DNA of 64,000 nucleotides from the human T2T-CHM13v2.0 reference genome, Homo sapiens, in NCBI RefSeq assembly GCF_009914755.1, contig NC_060933.1; one strand, given 5' to 3'. Position numbers and translations under genes: made by a program. Below, one piece after another: positions 1 to 20,992 of the stretch (position 1 is its first letter; the number at the start of each line of letters is the position of its first letter). A model generated the notes under the pieces. That model was not told the origin of the DNA and searched no databases. It was given only the letters and a program-made list of their open reading frames with translations.

Positions 1-106
1 TCAACAATCCCAGCTTCTGTGGAATTAGCTGAAAATAAACCAAGAGCTAGAGACTCAAAGTATTTACAGTAGATACATTTGAGTAGGTATATTGCTCAAG
101 TCACAC

Positions 107-812
107 TGTAACTGCCCAGTGGGTTCATTTTGCCTGCTGCCCAGATAAACTCAATTTATTAAGACAGAGGAATTGTAATAGACAAAGAGTTTAATTCATG
201 CACAGCCAGCTAAACAGAAGACAGAAAATTCAGAGATTGGAGTTTTTTAAGGGCAATTTGGCCGGTAGGGGGCCAGAGAATGAGGAGTGCTGAGAAGTTG
301 GGTTGGAGATGAAATCACAGGGGGTCAAAGTGGGTTCTTCTTGCTGTCTTTGGTTTTTGGACAGGATTGCAGAACTGGTTTAGCCAGATTACTGGCCTGG
401 ATGGTGCTAGCTGGTGCATCAGAATTTTAGGGTCTGAAAAACATTTCAAGCACTAATCTTGGGTTTTACAATAGCGATGTTATCCCTAGGAGCGACTGGG
501 GAGGTTTGGAATCATGTGGCCCCTGGCTGAGTGACTCCTAAACCAAAATTTCTAATCTTGTTGCCAATTTGTTCGTCTTACAAAGGCAATCTGGTCCCCA
601 GGCAAGAAGGACATTCATTTCTGGAAAGGGCTGTTATCATCTTTGTTTCAAAGTTAAACTACAAACTGAAGTCCTCCCAAAAGTTAGTTTGGCCTTTGCC
701 CAGGAATGAACAAGGGCAGTTTGGAGGTTGGAAATAAGATGGAGTCAGTTAGGTGAGATCTCTTTCACATCATAATTTTCTCACTGTTACAATTTTTGCA
801 AAGGCAGTTTCA
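107..812 (-). mobile_element. ERV1 solo LTR, LTR8/LTR8A-like
   Basis: Reverse strand starts TGAAACTGCCTTTGCAAAAATT; TG...CA termini; 4-bp TSD acac/atac. Confidence 0.8.
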
Positions 813-979
813 ATACCACAGTTAGATCAACAAATATTTTGAAAATGGGAAAAAGGGCCTTTTCAAATTAATTTTTTAAAGAGATAACCCCAGAAGGTCT
901 TGTATGGGGTGGAAAAGCAATAGGAAAATTATATAATATGATGATTCTGTGAAACTAGTGGGTCAGAAATAAGTGTTTA

Positions 980-2525
<1,546 letters not shown>

Positions 2526-4110
2526 ACAATGTGTTTTCCACGTGCACTTGGTCAACGCCTATATCTTTACTGTGTCTCCTATGAGCAGGTACTGGACACG
2601 GAGGATGTAAAAAAAAAAAAGAAATAAAAATGAGGCACCATCAGGGATTTCCTCCAGGAGGCAGTGTCACTCTAGAAAGACATGAGTGACCCAGGGATTA
2701 TGTCGCCAGCTTCAATTCAGTCTAGATTCCTGGCCCTCAGAGAGACATGACTGCTGAGGGCAGTAGCCTAAAAAAGGAAACCCCTGGCCTTTTGGCTGGA
2801 TGCCTCTGTGCACCCCTCCAGGCCCACTCTCCACCTCCCACAACCCTGCTTTATGACCACAGAGGCTGACTTTCTAGGCTGCTCCACTGGGCAAACTTTC
2901 TCTCAGTCAAGGTGGTGGGATTTAGTGAGCTTTCACTAAGTGATGCTTCATGGCCAACAACCTCAGATTATTACGATAAATATCACTTCCTATTTCACGT
3001 TACATAAGGGCTCGGGGTAGGTGGTACATCTGTGGCTGTGTGGCTCAGCTGCAGGTGTGGTGACACCACAGGTCTGTTGCATATGTCTGTCTTCTCATCC
3101 AGGGACCCCTACTGAAGGATCAATCATTCTTGGGGCATACACTGAGGTTAGAGCTTTTCTTTCCTGAGCTTCCTCCTTACCAGGATTTTGTGGTTGGCAG
3201 ATTCCCTGTACTGAATCCTTAGCTGCTGCCTAACAACCCCTTCCTAGAGCTGTGTTCTCTGGGCCCAGTCTCTGCTCCTTCTTGACTCTTGGCTACAGAA
3301 AGTAGCACCATCCTTGAAAGAAATGCAACCCTGCCAGTACCGTGATCTTTGTCTGGTGAGCCTGGTGTTGGACTTCTCTGACCTGTAAGATTATACATTT
3401 GTATTAGTTTGAGCCACTAGGTTTGTGGTTATTTATTATGGAAGCAATAGAAAAGTAATAAAATCTCTCTCCTGTTTTCAGGTAGTAAAGGAAATCTTGA
3501 GCCTTGAAAAGCACACTCCTGGGATGATGAAAAGAATGCAACCACTGAGTGTGCCAAGTAGCTTAGCATCCGCTTAGCTCTTCCCGAGATTGTAAACCAC
3601 TCTTCCTGATCTGAACCACTCTTCCTGAGATTGTAAACATTGCTCAAGGCTATTTACCTTAGAAATAAGGAAATTTGCAGACTCTATAAAACATCCCTTA
3701 CAGTTGGTAAAACTTACTGCTGAATCAGTTAAACAATAAGGCCTTGCGTGAAAGGAAAAATAACGTGAGTTGGGGCAGCCCAAGTGGGAAATGCCTCTGC
3801 ATAGGGGAGTGGCATGAGAAAACGACACTAGTGGAAAGGAGTAGGGGGTGTTCCATGGCGGGGATGAAGTTGCCCAAAGTAACCACCCTAACAATAGATG
3901 ATCTGGAAGAAAGGACCATAGACTGGTACAGAAGCTGTATCCAAAGTCAGACTACAAATCCTCGACTTATCTTCTCCCACCTCATTTCTCACCACGCTCA
4001 GTCCAGCAATACTCCAAGGAAGAACACTTCTTTGGTGTAGCTCCCACATATCTTCTCTCCTGGCTTGTGATATGCACCTGTCATAACTTCCTGGGAGGGG
4101 AAGACTGAAG

Positions 4111-4164
4111 GCTGTTTCTCTTAGAACATGCTGTTTCTCTTAGAACATGCTGTTTCTCTTAGAA
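4111..4164. repeat. 19-bp tandem repeat GCTGTTTCTCTTAGAACAT x ~2.8
   Basis: Perfect copies start at 4111 and 4130, with a partial copy at 4149. Confidence 0.9.
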
Positions 4165-4506
4165 TTTTCTCAGGTATGAACCAATGCAGGACATTCCTAT
4201 AGATTGGTGGTTTTCAAATCTCTTCTGCAGAATCCTAGAATCTCGAGGCCTCCCGCAACTGGGATAGTTTAAGCAATAGTGATCTTATTCCCCTTACTTC
4301 TCCTTTGACTACAGGAGCTCTGCATCTATATGTTGACATGTATGAATTCTGTGTTGAGATTTTATTTGATGTAAGTTTGTGCTTTTAAGAAAAATCTGAA
4401 AACTACTGAGCAAAATCAAGTGTAGTAGTGCATGGAGAGAATATTTTCTGTCCCAGACTTGCCTGAGAGCTCACTGTAGAAAAGATTGGGCATTTGATGC
4501 CAAGTA

Positions 4507-4812
4507 TAGTAGTCCCCCTTATCCATGGGGGTTACATTCCAAGACCCCCAGTGGATGCCTGAAACCATGGATAGTACCAAACCCTCTATATTATACTGTT
4601 TCCCCCCATACATACATACCTTTGATAAAGTTTAGTTTATAAATTAGGCACAGTAAGAGATTAATAATAACTAATAAAATAGAACAGTTATAACAAAATA
4701 CTGTAATCAAATTTATATGAATGTGGTCTCTCTCTCATTCTCAAAATACTGTAATATTTTCAGACCACTGTTAACTGCAGAAAGTGAAACTGCAAATAAG
4801 CAGGGAGTACTG
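4507..4812. mobile_element. Tigger7/MER44-type DNA transposon MITE
   Basis: Ends TAGTAGTCCCCCTTATCC ... ATAAGCAGGGAGTACTG with TA flanks. Confidence 0.75.
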
Positions 4813-5994
4813 TACCTGCTATTTCTCAATTAGTGCAGCTTATGGATTACTTTTCTAGGCACCAGGGATGGAAACAGAGAGGGAACTTGGCCTCTGTGAT
4901 TTCCACAAAACAAACAAAAACGAGGCTTATTGGTGTATAGCAGACTAGACAGTTCTAAATCCTGGCACCATTCAATTGACAGGCAGCACTTTCCTTTCTA
5001 GCTACATCTCTTATCAAAGAAAGAATGAACTAGCAAACAGGTTGAGAGTAAAATCAAACATTGGCTTGATGATCTCCCAGGAAGGGCAGTTGTCTGCTGC
5101 CCAGCACTTCTCTTCACCCATAAATCCACAATACAGCGCGTTGGGATCTGTCCAGTGATCACTGAACAAGGGGCATGAGGAGCACAGGTAGACTACATTT
5201 TCCAGAGATTTTCATGTTTATATACTGGATGCTAATGAGCAAACCTCTAATGGAGGACCCACTGATTATTTTTCTAAAGGGTTAAATACGTGTTCTAAAA
5301 AAAAAAGTGTTAAGTAAAATTTTTCAGAATTGGCTGTGGAGCACGTAACTCACTCTTCATACCATGTGGGGATGGTAGGCATTCTAGAATGTCTTCCTTC
5401 TATCCCTCAGCTCCTCTCTCTCTCCCCCTTCTTCTCAATCCCATCATCTTCCCCTCACAGAACTCTCACTATGTATCACTTCCTGGTGTCCCTGTTCCCT
5501 TCCTCAAGACATACCATCCTTACCTCTCCACAATACAATGTAGATTTCAGCCCTAAGTCATCCAGAATCTTGCAACCTGTCGTCACCTGAGACTTCGTAT
5601 GCCTGTCACTAGGGGATCTGCTCTGGCTTCCGCTCAGTGTCCTCCACGAGGAAACTCTGGTCCCTTTCAAAGGGGGAGGAAGGAAATGGTGGTGCTTCGA
5701 TTTCAGCTCATTCTCTTTCCACGAAAGTTTCTTCACAAGAAGGCAAACACAACTTATTAATGAAAGAATGTCTCTTTTCTTCCTACTAGCTGGTCTGGTC
5801 TATGTGAAGAACATAGATCTTTATCATCTCGATTGTGACCTGACTTCTTATGAAATAATCACCCTGGTGTAATGGTCCTAAAATACTAGACTTCTTTCCT
5901 GACCTGGATTTTTCAAATTAATGGTGTTTTATCATAATCTTTTTATTGTAAGGACTAGCTTAATTGCCTTGTGACCAGAGAACATGGTTTGTTT

Positions 5995-6643
5995 GAAACA
6001 GCAACCCTCATATATTCTGTTGGGAGTGTAAAATGGTGCAGCCACTACATAAAACAGTTTGGCGGTTCCTCAAAAAGTTACACATGGTATTACCATATGG
6101 CCCAGCAATTCCATCCCAAAGTATATACTCGAAGAATTGAAATCAGGTACTTAAATGAAAACTTGTACCTAAATGTTTACAGTAATGCCATTCACAATAG
6201 CCAGATGGTGGAATCAATTAAAATGTTCACCAACTTATGAATAAATAAATAGAATGTGGTATATTGACATAACAGAATATTGTTCAGACATAAAAAGGAA
6301 TAAGGTACTGATACTTGCTACAACATGAATAAAAACATTATGCTAAGTGAAAGAAGCCAGACACAAAATATCACATAATGTATGATTCCATTTATATGAA
6401 ATATCCAGAAAAGACAGTCCACAGAAATAAAAAGCAAATTGATGGTTGCCAGGGGCTAGAGGTAAGGGAAAATGGGGAATGGATGCTTTATGCATACAAG
6501 ATTTCCTTTTGGAGTGATGAAACTGTTTGGAACTAGACACAGGTAATGTTACACAATATTGTGAATGTACTAAATGCTACTGAATTGTACATTTTAAATT
6601 GGTTAATTTTATATCATGTGAATTTTACCTCAATTTTAAAAAA
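5995..6643 (+). mobile_element. Old L1M (L1MB-like) 3' end
   Basis: GGGAGTGTAAAATGGTGCAGCCACT... and a typical L1MB 3'UTR ending in an A-rich tail. Confidence 0.75.
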
Positions 6644-6659
6644 TTACTTTTAAGTGGAC

Positions 6660-8409
6660 ATTTTTGTAAAAGCTGTTTCATATTCTCCACATACTCAACA
6701 ATAGTTATTTTTCCTTTTTTTTTTAAAAAAAATTACATGCATCCTAGTGGGTGAAAAGTAGCATTTCACTGTGGTTTTGATTGGCATTTCCCCAATGACT
6801 GATGACACTGAACATGTTTTCATGTGCTTGTTAGCCATTTGTATATCTTCTTTGGAGAAATCCCCATTGAAAGCTTTTGCCCATTTTAAAATTCGGTTAC
6901 CTTTTTGGTTTTGAGTTATAAGAGTTCTTTACATATTCTGCATATTAGATCCTTATTAGATATATGATTTGCAAATATTTCCTTCCATCCTGTACGCTGT
7001 ATTTTCACTATCTTGATAGTGTCATTGAATCACAAATATTTTAATTGTATTGAAGCCTAGAGGTGGTGGCTCATGCCCATAATCCCAACACTTTAGGAGT
7101 ACAAGGCAGGAAGATCACTTGAGACAATTAGCTTAGGAAACATTGCAAAACCCTGTCTCTATAAAACATACAAAAATTATCTGTGTGTAGTGGCATGCAC
7201 CTATCATCCCAGCTACTTGGGAGGCTTAGGTGGGCGGATTGCTTGGGCCCAGGAGGTCAAGGCTGCAGTGGGCCATGATCATGCCACTGCACTCCAGCCT
7301 ACGCAACAGAGCAAGACTGTGTCTCAAATAAATAAATAAATAATTGTAATGAAATTCAATTTACCTATTTTGTTTTTACTTCTGCTTTTGTTGTCATATC
7401 TAAAAAATCTATTACCAAATCTAAAGTCATGAAGATTTACTCCTATATTTTCTTCTAAGAGTTCTATAGCTTTAACTCTTACATTTAGATTTTTAATCCA
7501 TTTTGATGTATTTTGTATATGGTGTGAAACAGAGGTCCAACTTCATTCTTATGAATGTTGATATTCAGTTGTCTCAACACTATCTGTCAAAAAGACTATT
7601 CCTCAAGACAATTCCTTTCCTCATTGATTTTTACTCCCTTGTCAAGAACCAATTGATTATAGATGTGAAGGTTTGTTTCTGGACTCTCAAATTTATTTCA
7701 CTTATTTATATGTATATCCTCTGTCAGTATCATACTTTATTACTGTTACTTTATGGTAAGGTTTGAAATTGGAAAACATGAGTACTCCAACTTTATTCTT
7801 TTTCAAGATTGTTTTGGCTTTTCTGGGTCTAAAATTCTGTATCAATTTTCGAATCAGCTTCTCAATTTCTACAAAGAATCCAGCTGGAATTTGGCCTAGA
7901 GAATGTGTAGAATATTTAGATCAATGTGAAGCATGTTGCTATTTAATAATATTAAGCCTTCTTAGTGATAAACATAGGATGTCTTTCCATTCATTTAAAT
8001 CTTTTTAAATTTATTTCAACAACATTTTGTAGTTCTCAGTATTCAATTAGTTCACCTCCTTAGTTAAATTTATTCCTAAGTATTTCATTTTTGACACAAT
8101 TGTAAATAAAATTGATTTCTTAATTTTCTTTTCTGAGACATTGATATTGTGTAAAAATACAATTGTTTCTTAAGTGCTGCTCCTGTATCTGTAGCTTTGC
8201 TAAATTCATTTATTACCTCTAATAGTTTTTTGTGGGTTCTTTGGGATTTTCTATATATAGAATTATGTCATCTGCAAATAAAGATAATTTTATTTCTTCC
8301 TCTTCCAATTTGTCTGTCTTTTATTTATTTATTTATTTATTTTGCCTAATTGTTCTGGATAAAATTTCTGGTACGATGTTGAACAAAAGTTTTGAAAATG
8401 GGCATTCTT
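6660..8409 (-). mobile_element. Old L1M ORF2 fragment (left half, interrupted by Alu and L1PA)
   Basis: Antisense ORF2-like sequence (e.g. ATTATGTCATCTGCAAATAAAG = FADD region); continues after 13914. Confidence 0.8.
7055..7341 (+). mobile_element. AluJ
   Basis: Diverged Alu, (AAAT)n tail, TSD aattgtattgaa/aattgtaatgaa. Confidence 0.88.
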
Positions 8410-13898
<5,489 letters not shown>

Positions 13899-13914
13899 GA
13901 AAATGGGCACTCTT

Positions 13915-16330
13915 GTCTAGTTTCTCATCTTAGGAGGAAAGCTTTCAGTCTTTCATCATTGAGAATAATGCCACTGTGAATTTTTCATAAATGTCCTTTA
14001 TCAATTGAGAAAGTTACCTTCTTTTTCTAGTTCATTGAGGGTTTTTATCATTAAAGGGTGACAGATTTTGTCAAAAGCTTTTTCTGCATCTATTGAGATA
14101 ATTATATGGGTGGGGTTTTTTCCTTCATTCTATGGGTGTGATTTATTACATTGATTGGTTGTTATATGTTGAACCACTCTTGCATTTTTGGTATAAACCT
14201 CACTTAGTTATGACATAGAACCTTCTTAGAATGTTGCTGGATTTATGCAGCAGTTCTTATAGGGCAGGTCTACTAGTGATGAACTCCCTATGTTGCCCTG
14301 TTTTTCTTTATCTGATAACATCTTAATTTCTTAATGTCTTACTTACTCTCTCATTTTTAAAGAATAGTTTTTCCAGATATAGAATTTTTGGTTGACAATG
14401 TTTTTCTCTCAGCCTTTTAAATATGTTGTCCCACTGTCTTCTGGCCTCCATGGCTTCTGAAGAGAAACTAGCTGGTAATCCTACACATGAGTATCCCTTA
14501 TACATAGTGAGAAACATCTCAGTTGCTGCTTTCCAGATTTGCTTTTTGTCTTTGGCTTTTAACCGTTTGGTTATAGTGTATCTCAGTGTGAATCTTTTGA
14601 GTTATCCTGCTTGGAGTTCATTGAGTATTTCGAATGTTTAAAATCTTGGTTACTAATCAAATTTGGGACATTTTTACCATCATTTTGCCAAATATTCTCT
14701 CTGTTCCATTCTCTCTCCTTTCCCTATAGGACTCTCATTGTCCACCTGTTGGCATGCTTGATGATGTCCTACAGGCCTTTTAGACTCTGCTCATTTTTTT
14801 CCCATTCTTTTTGCTTTCTTTTCCTCGGACTGGACCATTTCAATTGACCTATCACTGGTTCTTGCTTCTGACTGCTCAAATCTGCTACTGAATCCCTCTA
14901 GTGGATTTTTTATTTCAGTTATTCTACTTTTCAACCTCAGAATTTCTATTTGGTTCCTTTTTATAATTTATATCTATTATTTCTATTATTGATATTCTCT
15001 ATTTGCAAAGACATAATTTTCATGGTTTCCTTTAGCTCTTTAAATATATTTAAGACAGCTGATTTAAAGGCTTTGCCTAATAAGTCATATATCTGGTCTT
15101 TCTCAAGAATGATTACTGTCACTTTTTAAAGTCCATACTTCATTGTTTGAGTGTCTCATAATTTTGTGTTGAAAGGTGGACATTTTGCACATTATAATAC
15201 AGTAACTCAGGAAATTCAGTTCTCCACATCCCCATGGTTTGTTGTTGCTGCTTGTCGTGGGTTGTTGTTATCTGTCTGTTTAGTGACTTTTCTAAAACAT
15301 TTTTCTACAGTCTGTATTCTTTGTTATGTGTGGTCACTGAAGTCGGTGTTCCATTAGCTTAGTGGTCAGCTAGTGTTATGACAATGATTTCCTTAAACAA
15401 CTAGAGCCAAAAATAGAAGCTGAAGAAAGAAAAAGAAAAATTATTCCCCTAGTGTTTTCAGATTGGCTCTGTGTTGGGACATGCCTTCAACGCATAGCAA
15501 AGCCATTTACAACTCTGCTTTGGTCTTCACTTCCTGCTTGCATGGAACTTGAAAGTCAGCCAGAGGTGAAAGCCTGGGGTCTTCTCAGGACTTTTCTGAA
15601 CATGTCTACCTTCCTAGCAATGAGTGTTGTCTTCTTGATTCCCCAGTATATGTGGGAACTTTTCAAAGTCCTTATTCCCCTCATGTATCTCCTTTTCTAA
15701 CCTCTTTCTTCCCTGGCTTTTTTGATATGTCTATTGCTTGTTCTGACTGTTATCCCTTGCCCCAGGCTGCTGCAGCCAATACTTTTACCTTTTAATGCCT
15801 TTGGCAAATGCCACCTGAGAAGCCATGCCAGCCCTGGAAACACTTTGAATCAGATGAAACAAAGGCAACTCGTCACACTAGTCCTTAAGGGAGCCCCCAG
15901 ACAGGCTGAAACACACAATCACAATTATTTGAGAAAAAGGTCCATTTAGTCCCTCTGGCACTAGCAGCATGCACCTGGAATATGGGCGACCATCCTGATA
16001 ACTGCCATTGATCTGGGGGATGGCAGATGAGGGATAGCAAGTAGGCAATTTAAAATGCCACAGCACTCTCTTCTGCAATGCATCAACTTCTTCTTTCTTC
16101 ATTAACTTTTCCATGGCTGTCATAAGCTTTCGACTATATGCAGAGTTCTGTGAAAGTTGATTTTGACAGTTTTCGCCAGCTTATTAGTTGTTTTTGCGGA
16201 GAGATAGACCTTGAAGTTCCTTATTCTGCCATTTTTGGTGACATCAATTGAAATAATTCTACAACTGACTTGATAGATAAGAATATGTTTAATTTTGCAA
16301 ATGTTCCATGTGTGCTTGAAGGGAGTATGT
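13915..16330 (-). mobile_element. Old L1M fragments (right half; ORF2/ORF1/5' region)
   Basis: Continues the antisense L1M; ORF 14323-14517(-) reads SSEAMEARRQWDNIFKRLREKHCQPKILY, typical of L1M ORF1. End approximate. Confidence 0.7.
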
Positions 16331-16597
16331 ATTCTCTGCCTGTTGTATTGTGTTATTTATATATCCATGTGTCCCAGCTCATTGTGTCAACCAAAATTTC
16401 TATATTCTTCCTAATGCTTTTCCTGCTTGACAACGTTGCTAAGACATAACAAATTTCCCATTAGGATAATAGATATTTGTATCTCTCTCTGTAATTACTT
16501 TTATTTTCATTTTATGTAGTTAAGACTGTGTTAACAGGTGTTTGTGGGTGGGGATTTATTTCTTCCCAATGAATTTAATTTTATCATTATTCAGTAG

Positions 16598-16915
<318 letters not shown>

Positions 16916-17347
16916 TATATTGGTCAGGGTTCTCTAGAGAGACAGAACTAATAGAATAGATATATAAAGGAGTTTAGTAGGTATTAACTTACAGAATCAC
17001 AAGTTCCCACAATAGGCTGTCTGCAAGCTTGAGGAGCAGGAGAGCCAGTCTGGGTCTCAAAACTGAAGAACTTGGAGTCTGATGTTCGAGGGCAGGAAGC
17101 ATCCAGGACAGGAGAAAGATGTAGGCTGGGAGGTTAGGCTAGTCTCTCTTTTTACATTTTTCTGCCAGCTTTATATTCGCTGGAAGCTTATTAGATTGTG
17201 CCTACCATAACTAAGGGTGGATCTGCCTTCCCCAGTCCACTGACTCAAATGTTCATCCCTTTTGGTAACACCCACACAGACACACCCAGGATTAATACTT
17301 TGCATCCTTCAATCCAATCAAGTTGACACTCAGTATTAACCATCACA
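16916..17347 (-). mobile_element. MLT2A (ERVL) solo LTR
   Basis: Reverse strand begins TGTGATGGTTAATACTGAGTGTCAACTTGATTGG; 5-bp TSD cccga/cctga. Confidence 0.88.
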
Positions 17348-18912
17348 CCTGACCAGTAACTTCTTTGTATCTTTAGTATATGTCTCTTTAAAACAGCATT
17401 ACATGGATCTTTTCTTTTCAAGTCTAAGTATCTTAGCTTCTTCGACTGGCACCTTTAGTCCATGTAATGAGATTATTGACATATTTGTGTTAAATCTATC
17501 ATGCTTTGTTTTTTCTCTTGGTATTACCTTTACTATGCTTTTTTGTCTCTTCTTTCTTGATTTCTGCTGGATAGACTGCTATTTTTTTCTCATTCTGTTT
17601 TTCTCCTCTAATCATTTGGAAGTTAGTTATATGTCCAATTTCTATTATTCTGAATTTTTTCTAGAAATTTAAAAATGAATACAGAGCTCAAAATTCAGCA
17701 ATATTTTTACCCTCTTCCTGAGCAATACAATATACTTGAGAACTCTCATTCCTATCATCATCTCTCCAGACATATAGGCTATTTTTGTAATGTATTTAGT
17801 TCTAGTTTGTTTTTCTTAACCTTACAAGATATTATTGTCAGTATTTACCGTTAATATGTCTTAGCATTACCTCAATATCTATCATACTTTTGATTCTTCA
17901 ATTCTGCTTATATTCAGGCCTACCATTTGGGTTCACCTTCCTCCATGTGAAGTATACCCTTTAAATTTTCATTTTTTAAGGTCTGTTGGTAGCAAAACAT
18001 CAATTTGAACTTTCTTCCTTTGGGAATAAAATTGTGCAACCAGATCAAGTATATGTCTATGAGTCAGCAAAATTTTAGACAGTCACCCATATACCTTGCA
18101 TCTACCCTGAAAGGAGGAAGTTAATAAGGCAGATTTGGGATTTGGGAAGTAGTGGGGTTAGGGATGAAGAACTATAAAAGTCACAAAACCTGGGGTAACC
18201 ATATCTCAGTGTTTTCCTATTATTCTGGTCAAATGATTAATAACATTCTTTTCATTCTCAAAAATTTATGATTCAGATAACAAATTATACGGTTACTAGA
18301 ATAAAGTCTGTATGACCTAACCCTTAGTCGTCCTGCCTTCTAGAGCCATGCTTTCATCTTCATTCAACTAGCTACTTGAATAGCATGGAGTAACTTGTGG
18401 CAGTCCAATATTACCATTGAGTACAACCAGAAAGGCAGATCAGGAGAGAGCTGCTGAAGCACGAAGGATGAGGGGCTAAGATTCCATGGAGAGATTAGCT
18501 AACAGTAGTTAGCTACTTTTTAATAGTTACAAGAGCATTGGCCAAGGCAGGGAATCTGTATTTTACCAAGGTAGGAGGTCACTGCCAGGAGACAGAGAAA
18601 TCACTGTTGATCGGTGTTGTGGGAATGAAGAGACAAAATTGGAAATTGGAAGGGCCAGGCCCCCAGCAAGAAGAGAGGGCTGGAGAACTGAACCTACATA
18701 TAATGAGTTTCCTCTTCAAAACACTTGCCGAATTACGCAGCTGCATGGGGGCAAAGGCAAAAAAAAAAAAAAAAAAAAAAATCAGCCTCTTAAAAGCAGA
18801 GCTGTGGTTTTAGCAGCCTTTTTGGTTTTGTTCTTGTTTCATAAAGAGTCAAGAGTTATAGTTCATGACTGCTGGGAGAAAATTGAATAATTTTTAGAAA
18901 TTGTTTCATCCA

Positions 18913-19295
<383 letters not shown>

Positions 19296-20288
19296 TCAAA
19301 TATATCAATAATTACAATAGATGTTCCAGTTCAAAGACAAATTATTGTCAAACTGGGAAAAAAAACCAGTATACTACTTATATGTGACACATCTTTAATG
19401 TAAGGACACAGAAAGTTTGAAAGAAAAAAGATGAAAAGAGATACACTATGTGAATACTAACCAAAAGAATGTTTGCAAAGCTCTGCTAATGGAGAAAGCA
19501 GACAAATGGACAAAGCAGACTTTAAGGCATGAAGCATAATTAGAGATAAAAAGAGAAATTTTTGAAATAATGAAGGAGGGTTCAATATACATAATAAAGA
19601 TACATTATTCATCCTTTGTAATTTCCTCAGTATTTGCAAGAATTCCCAGAGTAGAGTATGCTAATATTCCCTTGGCTGTTACTTGTCACCCCTCCCTCCT
19701 ATTTATTGCACACAGCTCAATTCCTGATTCATTCTTGTCATGTTGGCATCCTGTCCGCTTGCTTCACTGCTTTATCCAAAGGGCAGACATAGCCATCTTT
19801 CTTCATTACTCACAAATGCAACACTATGGCTTGTAGCAGATGATTGCTCAGGTTTGGGGATGATTAAAGGGGATTACTGCACAGAAAATGAAACAACTTT
19901 AAACAAGATAACAGAGTTCCTTAGTTGTTTTTTCCAAAGGGGACTCCATCATAGTCACATTTTCCCAAGCCTGGTCAGCCATCTGTTGCTGTCTCATTTT
20001 CTCTTTCCCCTGGATTCCAGAACCCTAACATTCTATCCTTCAACATGCCATGAGAAAAACTAAAAAATTCCTATTTCATTTTACAGTAAACTTTTTTCTG
20101 CTGCCCCTTTGTTTCAAGGTCACCCTTCTAATCTTGTAGATTGAATGGATGTAGAGGCTTGCTAGGGTAACAGTCCATCACAATATCCTTCTAAGTACAG
20201 CAGCAGTCTTCCTTCCAATGTGTGATCTTAGGATGTGGAATCAGTCCAAGTCTTAAAAGAGCATTACTTCATCCCTTTATTTTCTGCT

Positions 20289-20342
20289 ACAGATGCCAAA
20301 CGAGATGGAGAGAGGGTGAGTAGGAGCAAAATTTCTCATGAG
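20289..20342 (+). other. IL33: IL33 distal non-coding first exon (1a) with two alternative donors (after 20315 and after 20342)
   Basis: Strong donors GG|GTGAGT (20316) and AG|GTAAGA (20343); TTAAAA at 20253; matches my recollection of IL33 variant 5' ends. TSS approximate. Confidence 0.7.
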
Positions 20343-20859
20343 GTAAGAAGAACAACTTCTCATGGGATCTATAGTACAGGATTTGCTTTTGTGATAAAGT
20401 ATTATCTTCTGCGAGATTTTTGAGATGAATAGAAAGAAAAGATGAACAGTGGGGAGCAGGAAAGCCCGTCAGATATGTTGGAATACAGAGTATTTCAGAG
20501 CTTTTATTTGCAGACGAGCTGCTTATTACTGATAGGCCAAAGGGGGTCGCAAATTTCTATTATAAAGGAATTTGGAAGAATACACTGATCTCTTAATGAA
20601 GTTTGTAAATTAAGAAGCCAACGGCCAAAAGTGAATATATAAATGGCAACAGAATTTCAAAATGGACAGTGCTGAAGTTGAAGTTTAGGAGTTCAACTCC
20701 AAAGAGAGCCAAAACATAAAGTTTAGGGGCAGAAGAAGAATCATAATTGCTGGTTTAAAATATTCAGATGGAGGGAGGACGCAGAAAGTAGTGAGCCTTA
20801 GATGTTGACAGAATTGTAACTCTGTTGGCTCTTTACATGAGATTTCAAGCCTGCTAAAA

Positions 20860-20946
20860 TCTCACCCGCCCAGATCTCCCTTCTAAGGCAATTTGGGTCT
20901 CTGCCAAACTTTGGCTAATAAAAAGAGTCTACAGACTCCTCCGAAC
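20860..20946 (+). promoter_or_regulatory. IL33: IL33 proximal (exon 1b) core promoter
   Basis: GC box CCCGCCC ~20865, NFI-like TTGGG-N5-GCCAA 20893-20907, TATA-position TAATAAAAA 20916-20924; no CpG island. Confidence 0.65.
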
Positions 20947-20992
20947 ACAGAGCTGCAGCTCTTCAGGGAAGAAATCAAAACAAGATCACAAG
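20947..20992 (+). other. IL33: IL33 main non-coding first exon (1b)
   Basis: ACAGAGCTGCAGCTCTTCAGGGAAGAAATCAAAACAAGATCACAAG followed by donor AAG|GTAAGA; recognised IL33 5'UTR. Start approximate. Confidence 0.85.
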
